Source: Gemmatales bacterium
GTDB lineage: Bacteria > Planctomycetota > Planctomycetia > Gemmatales > HRBIN36
Assembly (NCBI GenBank): GCA_041640595.1
Contig: JBEPZY010000005.1
Coordinates: forward strand, 160,001-224,000
DNA length: 64,000 nt
Direction: 5' to 3'
Shown here one piece after another: positions 36,152-46,482 of this stretch. The notes under the pieces were generated by a model that did no database searches, was not told the origin of the DNA, and saw nothing but the letters and a program-made list of their open reading frames with translations. Made by a program: the position numbers and the translations under genes. Numbering within the stretch: the first letter of the stretch is position 1; each line of letters begins with the position of its first letter.

Positions 36152-36571
36152 ATGTCCAGCGTCAACAATTGCCCCCATTGTGGTCAACAGGTGCGAATTC
36201 CTGACGAAATGCTGGGCCGATTGGTACGGTGTCCATTATGTGGGCAGGCGTTCACGGCCGGCGGCAACGAAATTGCGAGCAGTGCATATTCTGTTCAAAG
36301 CGTCGAACCCCATCGCGGCGGTCTCGTCTTAACTTTGGGCATTCTCGGCCTGGTTCTGTGCGGTTTTCTCGGCCCTGTTGCCTGGTACATGGGGGCGGAG
36401 GATCTGGATAAAATGCGTCGTGGGGTGATGGACAAATCCGGTTACGGTGTTACCCAGGCCGGCTATATCCTCGGTATCATTGCCACTATCCTCACGGTTA
36501 TTGGTTGTCTTTTCGGCATCCTGTGGGCTATCCTGGTTGGTGTCGCTGCTGGTGGAGGACTGGGACACTAA
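36152..36571 (+). CDS. Zinc-ribbon plus DUF4190-like membrane protein (short paralog)
   Basis: GAGGAG SD, CPHC..CPLC, PHRGG-TM-DLDKMRRGVMDKSG-TM. Confidence 0.7.
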   Translation: MSSVNNCPHCGQQVRIPDEMLGRLVRCPLCGQAFTAGGNEIASSAYSVQSVEPHRGGLVLTLGILGLVLCGFLGPVAWYMGAEDLDKMRRGVMDKSGYGVTQAGYILGIIATILTVIGCLFGILWAILVGVAAGGGLGH

Positions 36572-36757
36572 ATCGGCGGGATATACGCACCAGTGATGGG
36601 AATGGCGATCTCTTGCGAAGTGACGATTCCTTGACGAGCCGCAATTCTAGCCGCGTGCTTTGCCAGCAGTTGCACGGCCTGCCTGCCAGCACTGGCATTG
36701 TCGTCAGACACGAAAGGCAGATCGGGTGCGTGTCAAGAAAATGAGCGATCCTGAGCC

Positions 36758-37627
36758 ATGAAAGGCATCATCCTGGCGGGTGGGAAGGGGACGCGGTTGT
36801 ATCCGATGACGCGGGTCGTGAGCAAACAGTTGTTGCCGGTGTACGATAAGCCGCTGGTTTATTATCCACTGTCGTTGCTGATGCTGGCGGGTTTGCGTGA
36901 GATTCTGGTGATCAGTACGCCGGAAGATTTGCCGCAGTTTCGTCGGCTACTCGGCAGCGGAGAGCAATGGGGCCTGCGCTTCGCTTACGCCGAGCAGGAT
37001 CAGCCGCGTGGTCTGGCACATGCATTGATCGTGGCAGCGGAATACCTGGCTGGCGAACCGAGTTGTTTGATTCTCGGCGACAATCTGTTTTACGGACACG
37101 GTTTGCCGGACCTGTTACGGCAATCGGCCGGGTTGCGGCAGGGAGCATTGATTTTCGCTTATCAGGTCAAGGAACCCCAGCGCTACGGTGTGGTCGAACT
37201 GGATGTATCGGGCCGGCCAGTCAGCATCGAGGAAAAGCCGATTCAACCGAAATCGCGCTACGCCGTGCCGGGCCTGTACTTTTACGATGGCCGGGCACCC
37301 GAGTTCGCGGCGACGTTGAAACCGTCGGCCCGGGGGGAACTGGAGATCACCGACCTGAATCGTCTGTATCTGGAACGCGGCCAGTTACAGGTGCGCATTC
37401 TCGGTCGGGGTATCGCCTGGCTCGACGCCGGCACACCGGAAGCACTGTTGCAGGCGGCCCAATTCGTGCACGCTGTCCAGGAGCGCCAAGGGGTCATGGT
37501 CGCCTGCCCCGAGGAAATCGCCTACCGCATGGGTTATATCAGCCGCGAGCAACTGCGCCAGCTCGCTCATCAGCTCGGCGACAATAGCTACCGCGATTAT
37601 CTGTTACGCCTCTGCGAAGAAACATAA
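36758..37627 (+). CDS. rfbA: Glucose-1-phosphate thymidylyltransferase
   Basis: [42 protein letters not shown]. Confidence 0.95.
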   Translation: MKGIILAGGKGTRLYPMTRVVSKQLLPVYDKPLVYYPLSLLMLAGLREILVISTPEDLPQFRRLLGSGEQWGLRFAYAEQDQPRGLAHALIVAAEYLAGEPSCLILGDNLFYGHGLPDLLRQSAGLRQGALIFAYQVKEPQRYGVVELDVSGRPVSIEEKPIQPKSRYAVPGLYFYDGRAPEFAATLKPSARGELEITDLNRLYLERGQLQVRILGRGIAWLDAGTPEALLQAAQFVHAVQERQGVMVACPEEIAYRMGYISREQLRQLAHQLGDNSYRDYLLRLCEET

Positions 37628-37631
37628 CCAA

Positions 37632-37819
37632 TACTCGCGTTTCAGGAGCAAAAACAGCGTAAGTTGCACACGCCGTTGAAAATTCTGCGAAGAAACCTGA
37701 CCCATGCTGGCCTTCCGAGAGCAACAAAACAATGTAAAGTCTCACACGCCGTTGACGATTCTGCGAAGAAGCGTAACTCACGCTCGCCTTCGAGGAGCGG
37801 CGGATGTAAGCCAGCCGGG
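37632..37819 (+). repeat. Degenerate 76-bp tandem repeat ending in a REP-like hairpin
   Basis: CACACGCCGTTGA at 37667 and 37743; TTCTGCGAAGAA at 37683 and 37759; AGGAGCGGCGGATGTAAGCCAGCCGGG at 37793. Confidence 0.7.
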
Positions 37820-37913
37820 CTATCGAAGTCCGAAAGCGTGTGGCCTGGCAAAACCGCTACCGTCAACATGCCTCAAACCGCCGCCAGGCTCCGAGACCGT
37901 CGCACGATACCCA

Positions 37914-38873
37914 TCACGGTTTGAGGCGGAGGCGTTCGATTTCTCGCTGCCGCAATTGCTGGTATTCCTGCTGGTGTGCCTGCCAGTAAGCGCGGACGAG
38001 ATCCGCCAGTGCCAGGTCGCGTTCCGTTGGGTCACGCAAACGCCGTTCGAACTCCTGCCGGGTGCTGGCATCCAGTTCGGTTCGGAGGAATTGCCACAAT
38101 CGCGTCTGCGGTACCGGGGGGTAGATTAAACGCAGACGATGCAGTTCCGGTGGCACTGGTTGACGGTATTTTTCCGAAAACTCTGCAAGCAGGTACAAAT
38201 AAATTGGGCGATTGCGCTTTTGCACCTCGGCCAGGAGTTGTTGTTCCGAGGGAGACAAATACGGGCGAAGCTGTTTATACCAGCGAGCAACCAGCGCTCG
38301 TACTTTTTCCTGATCCTCGGCAGGGGGAGCCGCGAGATTCCACTCCAGTGCGAGTTGTTTCTCGCGGTCGCGGAGTTGCTCCAGCAACCGCCTGTACAAT
38401 TCCGGACGCCCGTGAGCCTTGGCGAGAGCTTCCCGGTCGGCCAGGGGCAAAGTTTGAATCCATTGCCTTTCTTTCACCACACGGATGCGTTCGAGTTTCT
38501 GCGATTCGTTTTCGGCCTGTTCGATCCAGGCACGATCTTCGGGGGGCAGTCTTTCCAGCCATTCCCCATAGCGCACCATCAAATGCAGCAAGCGAGCCTG
38601 CGTGGTCGCATCCTCTTCTCGCAATGCCTGGTCCAGTGCCAGAAGCCGTTGCTGCTGTTCCGCAGGAAGCCGCAAAAACTGCTGGTAGGCGTGCCGCAGA
38701 GAAGCGGGCAATTCTGCAGGCACGACGGACGAGCTGGCCGAGGTCGGTTCCGGCTGAGCGCGGAGCAACAGCTCGCCCGTGACAACCGCCAGGATCAGCA
38801 GCAGACCCGCCTGCACGATATGCCTGCACCAGCGCGGACATCGCTTGCCGTTGGTGGATGCGCCGTTGGCCAT
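37914..38873 (-). CDS. Hypothetical helical membrane-anchored protein (DUF3106-like)
   Basis: TM/signal followed by repeats such as FLRLPAEQQQRL, WLERLPPEDR, WIQTLPLADRE. Confidence 0.5.
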   Translation of the reverse strand: MANGASTNGKRCPRWCRHIVQAGLLLILAVVTGELLLRAQPEPTSASSSVVPAELPASLRHAYQQFLRLPAEQQQRLLALDQALREEDATTQARLLHLMVRYGEWLERLPPEDRAWIEQAENESQKLERIRVVKERQWIQTLPLADREALAKAHGRPELYRRLLEQLRDREKQLALEWNLAAPPAEDQEKVRALVARWYKQLRPYLSPSEQQLLAEVQKRNRPIYLYLLAEFSEKYRQPVPPELHRLRLIYPPVPQTRLWQFLRTELDASTRQEFERRLRDPTERDLALADLVRAYWQAHQQEYQQLRQREIERLRLKP

Positions 38874-38880
38874 GGCAGCT

Positions 38881-39375
38881 TCACTCCTCGAACAGGCCCC
38901 ACCGATCCAGTTCCCGAAGGAATGAAAACGTGCCTACCTTCTCGTAATAGGGCCAGTAGTCGTGATGTTCGAGCAACTGCACGATTTCTTCGGATGGTGC
39001 TGGTAACGGAGTGGGGCTCGCGTCCGATAAAGGGCGTTTGCCTGCGTGCCAACCGAAAAAGACCGCAACCACAACTGCGGCAGCCCAGGAAGTGAAGCCC
39101 AGCCACCGTCGCCAGCGCCGCCAGCGTAATTGTCGGGAACGGCTCGCGGCGAAGAGGGTCAGGGTTTGTTCGGTGAAAGTGGCAGTCGCTTGCGCCTGGG
39201 GCAGGTAATCCAGCATGTCCCAGGCAGTCTTCAACCCTTCCGCCTCGCGTTGCCACCTCGGATCACGTTGCAGCTTCTCTTCGACAGCGCGTGCGGCTTC
39301 CGGATCCAGTTCGCCGTCCAGGTAGGCGATCAGTTCCTCGCGTTCCTGTTCGGAAAGGGCGTCTGGTTCAGTCAT
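38881..39375 (-). CDS. Putative anti-sigma factor
   Basis: ELIAYLDGELD..AWDMLDYLP, single TM; overlaps the end of the sigma gene. Confidence 0.75.
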   Translation of the reverse strand: MTEPDALSEQEREELIAYLDGELDPEAARAVEEKLQRDPRWQREAEGLKTAWDMLDYLPQAQATATFTEQTLTLFAASRSRQLRWRRWRRWLGFTSWAAAVVVAVFFGWHAGKRPLSDASPTPLPAPSEEIVQLLEHHDYWPYYEKVGTFSFLRELDRWGLFEE

Positions 39376-40093
39376 GGCGATGAACCTTCGGAGGTGGTGC
39401 CGAAGCAGCACGGCCTGGACTTGCCGCGGTGCCTTTCGTGTCCGGAAGGAGTTGGGGCATTGGCCCGGAACGCATTTCCATCTGCACATACGGGGCCAGG
39501 AGCTCGCGCAGCTGAGAGCGAGCACGGCTCAGCAGCGACTTGACCGCCTTGACGGATATGCCCATGACGTCGGCAATCTCCTGATAGCTCATGTCCTCGA
39601 ACTTATTTAACACCACCGCCAGCCGCTGACGCTCGTTCAAGTGGTTCAAAGCCTGCTGGACGACCTGGCTGAGTTCCTCCTGGCGGAGACGGTGGTCCGG
39701 TGAGGGCATCACTGAAGCATGCCAGTTTTCGGACGGTTGGTGGGCCAGTGCGGCGGAGTCGGTCAGGTCGAATTGCGCTTCCGGTTTGCGTTGCCGACGG
39801 CGATACACATTCTGCGCCAGATGGTGCGCGATGGTAAACAACCAGGTCGAAAACTTGGCCTGCGGATGATATTCCTTGCGATGGCGATACACTCGCAGGA
39901 AGACCTCCTGCGCCAGGTCTTCCGCTTCCTCACGATTGCCGACCAGATGGTACATCACCGTCAGCAACCGGTCCTGGTAACGCCGCACCAGTTCCTCGAA
40001 TGCCGCAGGGTCATCGTCGCGCACGCGGATCATCAGGGCGACGTCCGGGTCTCGCAGTGCCAGCTGGATACTGGTCTGGCCCTGGGCAGGCAT
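39368..40093 (-). CDS. ECF RNA polymerase sigma-70 factor
   Basis: AFEELVRRY, AEDLAQEVFLRVY, FSTWLFTIA, MSYQEIA..AVKSLLSRAR. Confidence 0.9.
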   Translation of the reverse strand: MPAQGQTSIQLALRDPDVALMIRVRDDDPAAFEELVRRYQDRLLTVMYHLVGNREEAEDLAQEVFLRVYRHRKEYHPQAKFSTWLFTIAHHLAQNVYRRRQRKPEAQFDLTDSAALAHQPSENWHASVMPSPDHRLRQEELSQVVQQALNHLNERQRLAVVLNKFEDMSYQEIADVMGISVKAVKSLLSRARSQLRELLAPYVQMEMRSGPMPQLLPDTKGTAASPGRAASAPPPKVHRHD

Positions 40094-40268
40094 GGTGCTA
40101 ATCCAAGGGGCGACCGAATGGCGGCGAATCAGTCGTCGCCGACACGGAGGGGTCAACCGAAAACCGGCAAGGCGGAGCTTTTTGGAGACGCCGGTCTGGA
40201 CAGTTCATGGCAGGACAGCTCAGGGACTCGCCGCTCCCGCTTGCGGCGTGGCATGCGTTCGGAGCAAG

Positions 40269-41381
40269 TTACGGACTCACCGTCGCCGGCGTGGCATGTG
40301 TCAGCGGCAAGCGGCCGGATGCGTCCTTGTCGGAGTTCGCCAATTGCCGTCGCCGCAGTTGGCCACACGCTGCTTCAATTTGCGATCCCTTTCGTTTCCG
40401 CACGGTGACGCTGACCCCTGATGATCGCAGAAGGCTTTGAAATTCGGCCAGCGCAGCATCGCTGGGCCGACGGTAAGGTAAGCCGGGCACTTCATTGAAC
40501 GGGATCAGGTTCACGTGAGCCTGTCGTCCCTGCAGCAATTGTCCGAGTGCGGCTGCGTGCTGTCGGCTATCATTGACGCCGCGCAGGAGCACGTATTCAA
40601 ACGTCACCTGCCGACCGGTCTTCTGGAAGTAGTAATCGGCGGCTTCCAGGATAGCGGCGATGCCGATTTTGCTGTTGGTAGGTACAATCCGTGTCCGCAA
40701 TTCATCATCCGGCGCGTGCAGTGAGACGGCCAGGTGGTACGAATGCTGTAAATCCGCCAGCTGAAGAATCTTCGCCGGTAAGCCGACGGTGGAGATGGTT
40801 ACGTGTCGCTGACTCAGACCCAACCCGTTTCGGTCAGTGGCCCAGCGAAGAGCGGCCAGCAGGTTTTCCAGATTGGCCAGCGGTTCGCCCATACCCATCA
40901 CCACGATATGGGTCAGACGTTCCTGCGACGGCAATTGGTCGGACAGATGGAGCAATTGTTCGAGAATTTCCCACCATTCGAGATTCCGTGCCACGCCGTT
41001 CAGCCCACTGGCACAGAAGACGCAGCCCATACCGCAACCTACCTGCGTACTCAAACAAGCGGTGCGGCGATCCTGTTCGGGGATGAGCACACATTCAATG
41101 GCCTCGCCATCGGGCAAACCGATGAGAAGTTTGCAGGTGCCATCTCGGGCTTGCTGCTGGTGCAAAATCCGCGTGCCGTATATGCAAAAGTGCTCCGCCA
41201 ATTCCTGCCGCAACCGCTTGGGCAGGTCGGTCATTTGCGCGAAATCCCGGCATCGCCGCTTCAGCAACCAGTGCCAGACCTGTCGAGCATGGAAACGCGG
41301 CCAGTTGCGTTCCTGCATCCACTGGATCAGTCCGTCCAGTCCCAGCGGAATGATGGGGCGACGCGCCACGCTGGTCTCCAT
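40269..41381 (-). CDS. rlmN: 23S rRNA (adenine2503-C2)-methyltransferase
   Basis: CLSTQVGCGMGCVFC radical-SAM motif, MGMGEPL, AACGQL. Confidence 0.95.
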   Translation of the reverse strand: METSVARRPIIPLGLDGLIQWMQERNWPRFHARQVWHWLLKRRCRDFAQMTDLPKRLRQELAEHFCIYGTRILHQQQARDGTCKLLIGLPDGEAIECVLIPEQDRRTACLSTQVGCGMGCVFCASGLNGVARNLEWWEILEQLLHLSDQLPSQERLTHIVVMGMGEPLANLENLLAALRWATDRNGLGLSQRHVTISTVGLPAKILQLADLQHSYHLAVSLHAPDDELRTRIVPTNSKIGIAAILEAADYYFQKTGRQVTFEYVLLRGVNDSRQHAAALGQLLQGRQAHVNLIPFNEVPGLPYRRPSDAALAEFQSLLRSSGVSVTVRKRKGSQIEAACGQLRRRQLANSDKDASGRLPLTHATPATVSP

Positions 41382-41548
41382 AGTCTTGCAGCAGATTTCG
41401 GTTTGGGATGGCGAGATGGTAATTGCTCTTGAATCAGTCGGGGGTCTGCTGCTATTCTAGGCGTTGACCAGGCCAGTTCCTAAAGAAGACCTGGCCGGAG
41501 TCAGTTGGTCTTCTTGCTTCCTGGAACAGCCTACCACGGAGCTGCACC

Positions 41549-44230
41549 ATGCGGAACGCTGCCACGGTGTTTTGCTGGGTCCTGGTCTGCCTGGCCGGTT
41601 CGCTTGCCCAACCTGCAAAGCCTCCACCCGAGCAGGTCGCTTCCGGTTTCCCGGCCGATTGGCTAGCGACCACACCGCTACGCCATCTCGGCCCGACCGC
41701 CATGAGCGGTCGCGTGACGGACCTGGCGGTGGTCGAAAGCAAACCGAGCACGTTTTATGTCGCCAGTGCCAGCGGTGGGTTGTGGAAGACGGTCAACAAC
41801 GGCATCACGTTTAGTTGTGTTTTTGCCGGGCAGCCGCATCCCTCCATTGGTGCGGTGGCGGTTGCACCGAGTAATCCCGAGGTGGTCTGGGTAGGCACCG
41901 GCGAAGCCAATGCCCGCAACAGCGTTTCCTGGGGTAACGGGGTCTTTCTGAGTACCGATGGCGGCAAGAGCTGGCGGCATTGCGGCCTGGTGGAGACGCG
42001 GCACATCGGGCGGATTGTCGTTGACCCGCGCGATCCGTTCACGGCTTACGTAGCGGCAGTAGGACGATTCTGGGGCAGCAATCGCGAGCGAGGTTTATTC
42101 AAAACTGCCGATGGCGGCAAAACCTGGCAGCATGTCCTGGCCCTCGATGACGAAACGGGCGTCATTGATGTCGTCCTCGACCCGAAAAATCCCGACACAG
42201 TCTATGCGGCGGCTTACCGAGTCCGTCGCGATGCGTTCGGTGGAGGCAATCCGGAGATCATGTTCGGGCCCAAAGCGGGCATTTACAAAAGCACCGACGC
42301 TGGCCGAACCTGGAATCGACTCACTCAGGGATTGCCGAAATCGGCCATCGGACGCGTCGGGCTGACCATTTATCCGCGCGACCCGCGTGTCCTCTACGCC
42401 GTCATCCCGACCGAGAAAACCAATATCCGTCAGGTGGCCGGTCAACCTCCCCGCGCCAATCACGATCCCGAAACCGGTGGCATTTTCGTTTCCCGCGACG
42501 GCGGGGAAAGTTGGAACAAGGTCAACGATTTATGCCCGCGGCCATTCTATTTCGGCCAAATCCGCGTGGATCCCAATAACGATCAACGGCTCTACGTTCT
42601 GGGCATTCCGCTGTATGTTTCCGACGATGGCGGCAAGACTTTCCGCACCGGTGTGCCGCGCGTGCATGTTGACCATCACGCTTTGTGGATCAATCCCCAC
42701 AATTCCGACCATTTGATTCTGGGCAATGATGGCGGGGTGTACATCAGTTACGATCGCGGGGCCAACTGGGAATTCCTGCCCAATCTGCCGATCGCGCAGT
42801 TCTACGCCATCGGTGTGGACATGCGAAAGCCCTACTGGATTTACGGCGGTTTGCAGGACAACGGTTCCTGGGGCGTTCCCAGCGCCACCCGGGATATTCG
42901 CGGCATCACCATCAACGATTGGATTCGCGTCGGTGGCGGGGACGGATTCTATTGCCAGCCAGACCCCAGTGATCCCACCACGCTGTTTGTGGAAATGCAA
43001 TATGGCCGATTGCAGCGAGTCAATCTGGCGAATGGTGCGGTGACCAGCATCTCGCCTGCTGCTCCGAAAGGGCAGCCGCCTTATCGCTTCAACTGGAACA
43101 CGCCGCTGCTGCTTTCTCCGCACAATCCGCGGATTGTCTATTACGGCGGCAACTACTTGTTCCGCTCGCTGAATCGCGGGGAGAACTGGGAAATAATCAG
43201 TCCGGAGCTGACGGCAACTTCGCGGGGTTCGTTGACCACAATCGCCGAATCACCACGCCGGGCCGGTGTTTTGTGGACGGGAAGCGATGATGGCCGCGTC
43301 TGCCTTTCCCGGGACGGTGGCCGAACCTGGACGGATTTCACCGCACGGATTCCGGGATTGCCTCCTGCAGGTCATGTGACGCGCATCGAGGCATCGCCCT
43401 TCGACGCCGCTACCGCTTTTCTCAGCGTGGATCGCCATCGGCAGGAGGATTATCGCCCTTATCTGTACGTAACCAGCGATTTCGGTGAGACGTGGAAAGC
43501 GTTGCACGAAACCTTGCCGCAGGAGGGCCCGGTGCACGTCGTACGCCAGGACCCGCGCAACCCACAATTGCTTTACGTGGGCACGGAATTCGGGTTATTC
43601 GTATCGCTGAACGCTGGCAAAAATTGGCTACCTGTCCGGCAACTGCCACCCGTGGCTGTTCACGATCTCGTCGTTCATCCGCGCGATCCCGAACTGGTGA
43701 TCGCTACGCATGGTCGCGGCATTTACATTCTCGACGTTCACGCTCTGCAACAATGCACACCGGACGTTCTCGCCAAGCCTTTCTGGCTATTCCGACCAGC
43801 GGCGACGATTGCCTACACCCCGCGACTGTTGCAAGGACTCAACGGGGCAAAACATTTTGTCGGCAATAACCCGCCCTACGGGGCAACTCTGGCGGTTTAC
43901 TTCCGGCAAGGGGTCAGTGGCGAGGCTTTGTTGCAGATAACCGATCCGCTGGGTGAGCTGGTTCACGAAACTCGCATTTCGGCCAAACCCGGCATACATT
44001 ACCTCAACTGGAATCTCCGACGCCCTGGCAAACCAGCAAAACCAGGCGTACCAGCATTTGGCCCCCGCGTGCCGCCCGGCGACTATGTCGTCCGCTTACG
44101 CCTGGGCGAGACCACTCTCACGCAAAAGCTTCGGGTCGAAGCGGAAACGAGCGGTGAAGTTTTTGGTCTGGCTGCCGGGGTCGAGGAGGCTGAAGAACAC
44201 GAGGCCGAGGATACTATCTTACAGCGATGA
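41549..44230 (+). CDS. Secreted BNR/VPS10-like repeat protein (glycosyl hydrolase-like beta-propeller)
   Basis: Signal peptide, many S/TxDGGxxW Asp-boxes, GGLQDNGSW, ATHGRG. Confidence 0.8.
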   Translation: MRNAATVFCWVLVCLAGSLAQPAKPPPEQVASGFPADWLATTPLRHLGPTAMSGRVTDLAVVESKPSTFYVASASGGLWKTVNNGITFSCVFAGQPHPSIGAVAVAPSNPEVVWVGTGEANARNSVSWGNGVFLSTDGGKSWRHCGLVETRHIGRIVVDPRDPFTAYVAAVGRFWGSNRERGLFKTADGGKTWQHVLALDDETGVIDVVLDPKNPDTVYAAAYRVRRDAFGGGNPEIMFGPKAGIYKSTDAGRTWNRLTQGLPKSAIGRVGLTIYPRDPRVLYAVIPTEKTNIRQVAGQPPRANHDPETGGIFVSRDGGESWNKVNDLCPRPFYFGQIRVDPNNDQRLYVLGIPLYVSDDGGKTFRTGVPRVHVDHHALWINPHNSDHLILGNDGGVYISYDRGANWEFLPNLPIAQFYAIGVDMRKPYWIYGGLQDNGSWGVPSATRDIRGITINDWIRVGGGDGFYCQPDPSDPTTLFVEMQYGRLQRVNLANGAVTSISPAAPKGQPPYRFNWNTPLLLSPHNPRIVYYGGNYLFRSLNRGENWEIISPELTATSRGSLTTIAESPRRAGVLWTGSDDGRVCLSRDGGRTWTDFTARIPGLPPAGHVTRIEASPFDAATAFLSVDRHRQEDYRPYLYVTSDFGETWKALHETLPQEGPVHVVRQDPRNPQLLYVGTEFGLFVSLNAGKNWLPVRQLPPVAVHDLVVHPRDPELVIATHGRGIYILDVHALQQCTPDVLAKPFWLFRPAATIAYTPRLLQGLNGAKHFVGNNPPYGATLAVYFRQGVSGEALLQITDPLGELVHETRISAKPGIHYLNWNLRRPGKPAKPGVPAFGPRVPPGDYVVRLRLGETTLTQKLRVEAETSGEVFGLAAGVEEAEEHEAEDTILQR

Positions 44231-44239
44231 GGAGGAGGT

Positions 44240-45124
44240 ATGCTGTCGTACAGTGCCATCTGGCTGGCATTGGTCGGGTCGCTGGCCGTTGAGCCGACGG
44301 TCATCCCACTCTGGCCGGACAAAGCTCCCGGAGCTGTCGGCGAAAAACCCGAAGATCGTCCCACTCTGACGGTTTATCTGCCACCGAAAGAAAAGGCGAC
44401 AGGCACGGCGGTGATTGTTTGCCCCGGAGGCGGCTATGGCTTCCTGGCCGTCGGCCATGAGGGAGAGGAAGTGGCACGCTGGCTCAATGAACGTGGCGTG
44501 GCTGCATTTGTTTTGCGTTACCGCATCGCGCCACGCTATCGTCACCCCGCACCCTTGCAGGATGTTCAGCGGGCGATTCGATTGGTGCGTAGCCGGGCCG
44601 AACAATGGCAAGTGAATCCGCAGCGAATCGGTGTCTGGGGCTTTTCCGCGGGAGGACATCTGGCAGCGACCGCCGCTACGCATTTCGATCACGGTAATCC
44701 GGACAGTCCCGATCCGGTGGAGCGGGTCAGTTGCCGACCCGATTTCTGCATCCTCGCCTATCCGGTCATTTCGTTCACCGAGCCGTTTACCCACAAAGGC
44801 TCCCGCAACAACCTGCTTGGGCCCAACCCGGACCCGAAGTTGCTCGAAGACCTGTCCAATGAAAAGCGAGTTACGCCGCAAACCCCGCCCACGTTTTTGT
44901 TCCACACGAACGAGGATAAGGGCGTACCGCCGGAGAACAGCGTCGTCTATTACCTGGCATTGCGGCGAGCGGGCGTTCCTGCGGAGCTGCACATCTACGA
45001 AAAAGGCCCGCACGGTGTGGGATTGGCCCAGAAAGACCCCGTGCTTCGCACCTGGCCTGACCGCCTCGCCGACTGGCTCCGCATCCACGGCTTACTCACT
45101 CCCGCAGCAGCAAAGAATCCGTAG
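44240..45124 (+). CDS. Alpha/beta hydrolase (BD-FAE/esterase-like)
   Basis: [20 protein letters not shown]. Confidence 0.85.
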   Translation: MLSYSAIWLALVGSLAVEPTVIPLWPDKAPGAVGEKPEDRPTLTVYLPPKEKATGTAVIVCPGGGYGFLAVGHEGEEVARWLNERGVAAFVLRYRIAPRYRHPAPLQDVQRAIRLVRSRAEQWQVNPQRIGVWGFSAGGHLAATAATHFDHGNPDSPDPVERVSCRPDFCILAYPVISFTEPFTHKGSRNNLLGPNPDPKLLEDLSNEKRVTPQTPPTFLFHTNEDKGVPPENSVVYYLALRRAGVPAELHIYEKGPHGVGLAQKDPVLRTWPDRLADWLRIHGLLTPAAAKNP

Positions 45125-45216
45125 CCGATTGCAGCTGCTCCAGCCCGTCGGTGAAAAAATCCCGCCCGGACTGGTCTGGTGGTCGCGAGAACCGCGATGT
45201 GAAATGGAGAGCCACC

Positions 45217-46470
45217 ATGCCTGATAGGAGACTGCTGGCGACAGTCTGGCTGACCGCTACGGTTGGCGTAGCCCTTGCCGAATGGCCGCAATGGCTCGGA
45301 CCGAAACGCGATGGCACCGCCACGGTTCGGATTGGCGTCTGGCAGGGCGGTTTGCCTGTGCTATGGCGGCAGCCCGTCGGCGAGGGTCATAGCGGCCCCG
45401 TCGTTGCCGGTGGACTGGTTTATGTGCATGCCCGTGTGGCTGATCGGGAGCAGGAAGAAGTCCTGGCGCTGCAACTGAAAACCGGCCAGGTCGTGTGGCG
45501 GCAGGCCTACGACCGACCGAAGTTTGAAAACCCGTTCGGTAACGGACCGCGGGCTACACCGCTGGTGACCCCTGATGGGCAACTGTTCACGCTCGGGGCG
45601 TCGGGAATCCTTTGTTGCTGGGATGCCCGGACAGGCAAACTCTTCTGGCGAAAAAACCTCTTGGCCGAGTTTTCTGCGAAAAATCTGTTCTTCGGCGTTT
45701 CCAGTTCGCCGTTACTGGTGACCGAGCAGGAGCGGAAATGGTTGGTGCTGATGGTGGGAGGCGCCGATGCCACTCTGGTTGCGCTGGACCCTGCCAATGG
45801 TCAGACACTCTGGAAATGCGGAAACGATCCCGCCAGCTATTCTTCCCCGGTGTTGATGGAGTTTGGCGGTCGCAAATTGATCGTTGCCCTGACGGCCCGG
45901 CATCTGGTGGCCATGGACGTTCCCACCGGACGCTGGCTGGCAACGTATCCCTTTGCCGACAAACTCAACGAGACCGCAATTACTCCGGTCGTCATTGGTG
46001 ATCGGGTCTTTATCAGTTCCATCACTGCCGGCAGTGTGTTGCTGCGGTTGCGCGAGCAAGATGGTCAGCTCCAGTGGCAGGAACTGTGGAAAAATCCTCA
46101 GCTCAATTGCTACTTCGCCACACCGGTAATCGTCGGCGAGCATTTGTTCGTAGTGCAGAATCAGTTGCTGCCGCCGCTGGCGCGGTTGAATTGCCTGAAG
46201 CTCGCGGACGGTCAGTTGATATGGAAACAGCCGGAAAACAGCCGCATCCTTGGCAAATATCACGGTACTTTGCTGCGTGCCGAGGACAAAGTGCTGGTGC
46301 TGAAAGAAGACGGCGAGCTGTTGCTTATCGAGGCCCGTGCGGAGAATTTCAAAGAACTGGCGCGTGCTCGTGTTTGCGGCAACACCTGGGCGCATCCGGC
46401 CCTGTCGGAAAATCTGCTCGTGGTGCGGGATGAAAAAGAGATCCGTTGTCTGCTGCTCCCGCAACCCTGA
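45217..46470 (+). CDS. PQQ-like beta-propeller repeat protein
   Basis: EWPQWLGPKRDG, GPRATP, SYSSP, TWAHPAL. Confidence 0.85.
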   Translation: MPDRRLLATVWLTATVGVALAEWPQWLGPKRDGTATVRIGVWQGGLPVLWRQPVGEGHSGPVVAGGLVYVHARVADREQEEVLALQLKTGQVVWRQAYDRPKFENPFGNGPRATPLVTPDGQLFTLGASGILCCWDARTGKLFWRKNLLAEFSAKNLFFGVSSSPLLVTEQERKWLVLMVGGADATLVALDPANGQTLWKCGNDPASYSSPVLMEFGGRKLIVALTARHLVAMDVPTGRWLATYPFADKLNETAITPVVIGDRVFISSITAGSVLLRLREQDGQLQWQELWKNPQLNCYFATPVIVGEHLFVVQNQLLPPLARLNCLKLADGQLIWKQPENSRILGKYHGTLLRAEDKVLVLKEDGELLLIEARAENFKELARARVCGNTWAHPALSENLLVVRDEKEIRCLLLPQP

Positions 46471-46482
46471 AGGAGAGCGACG

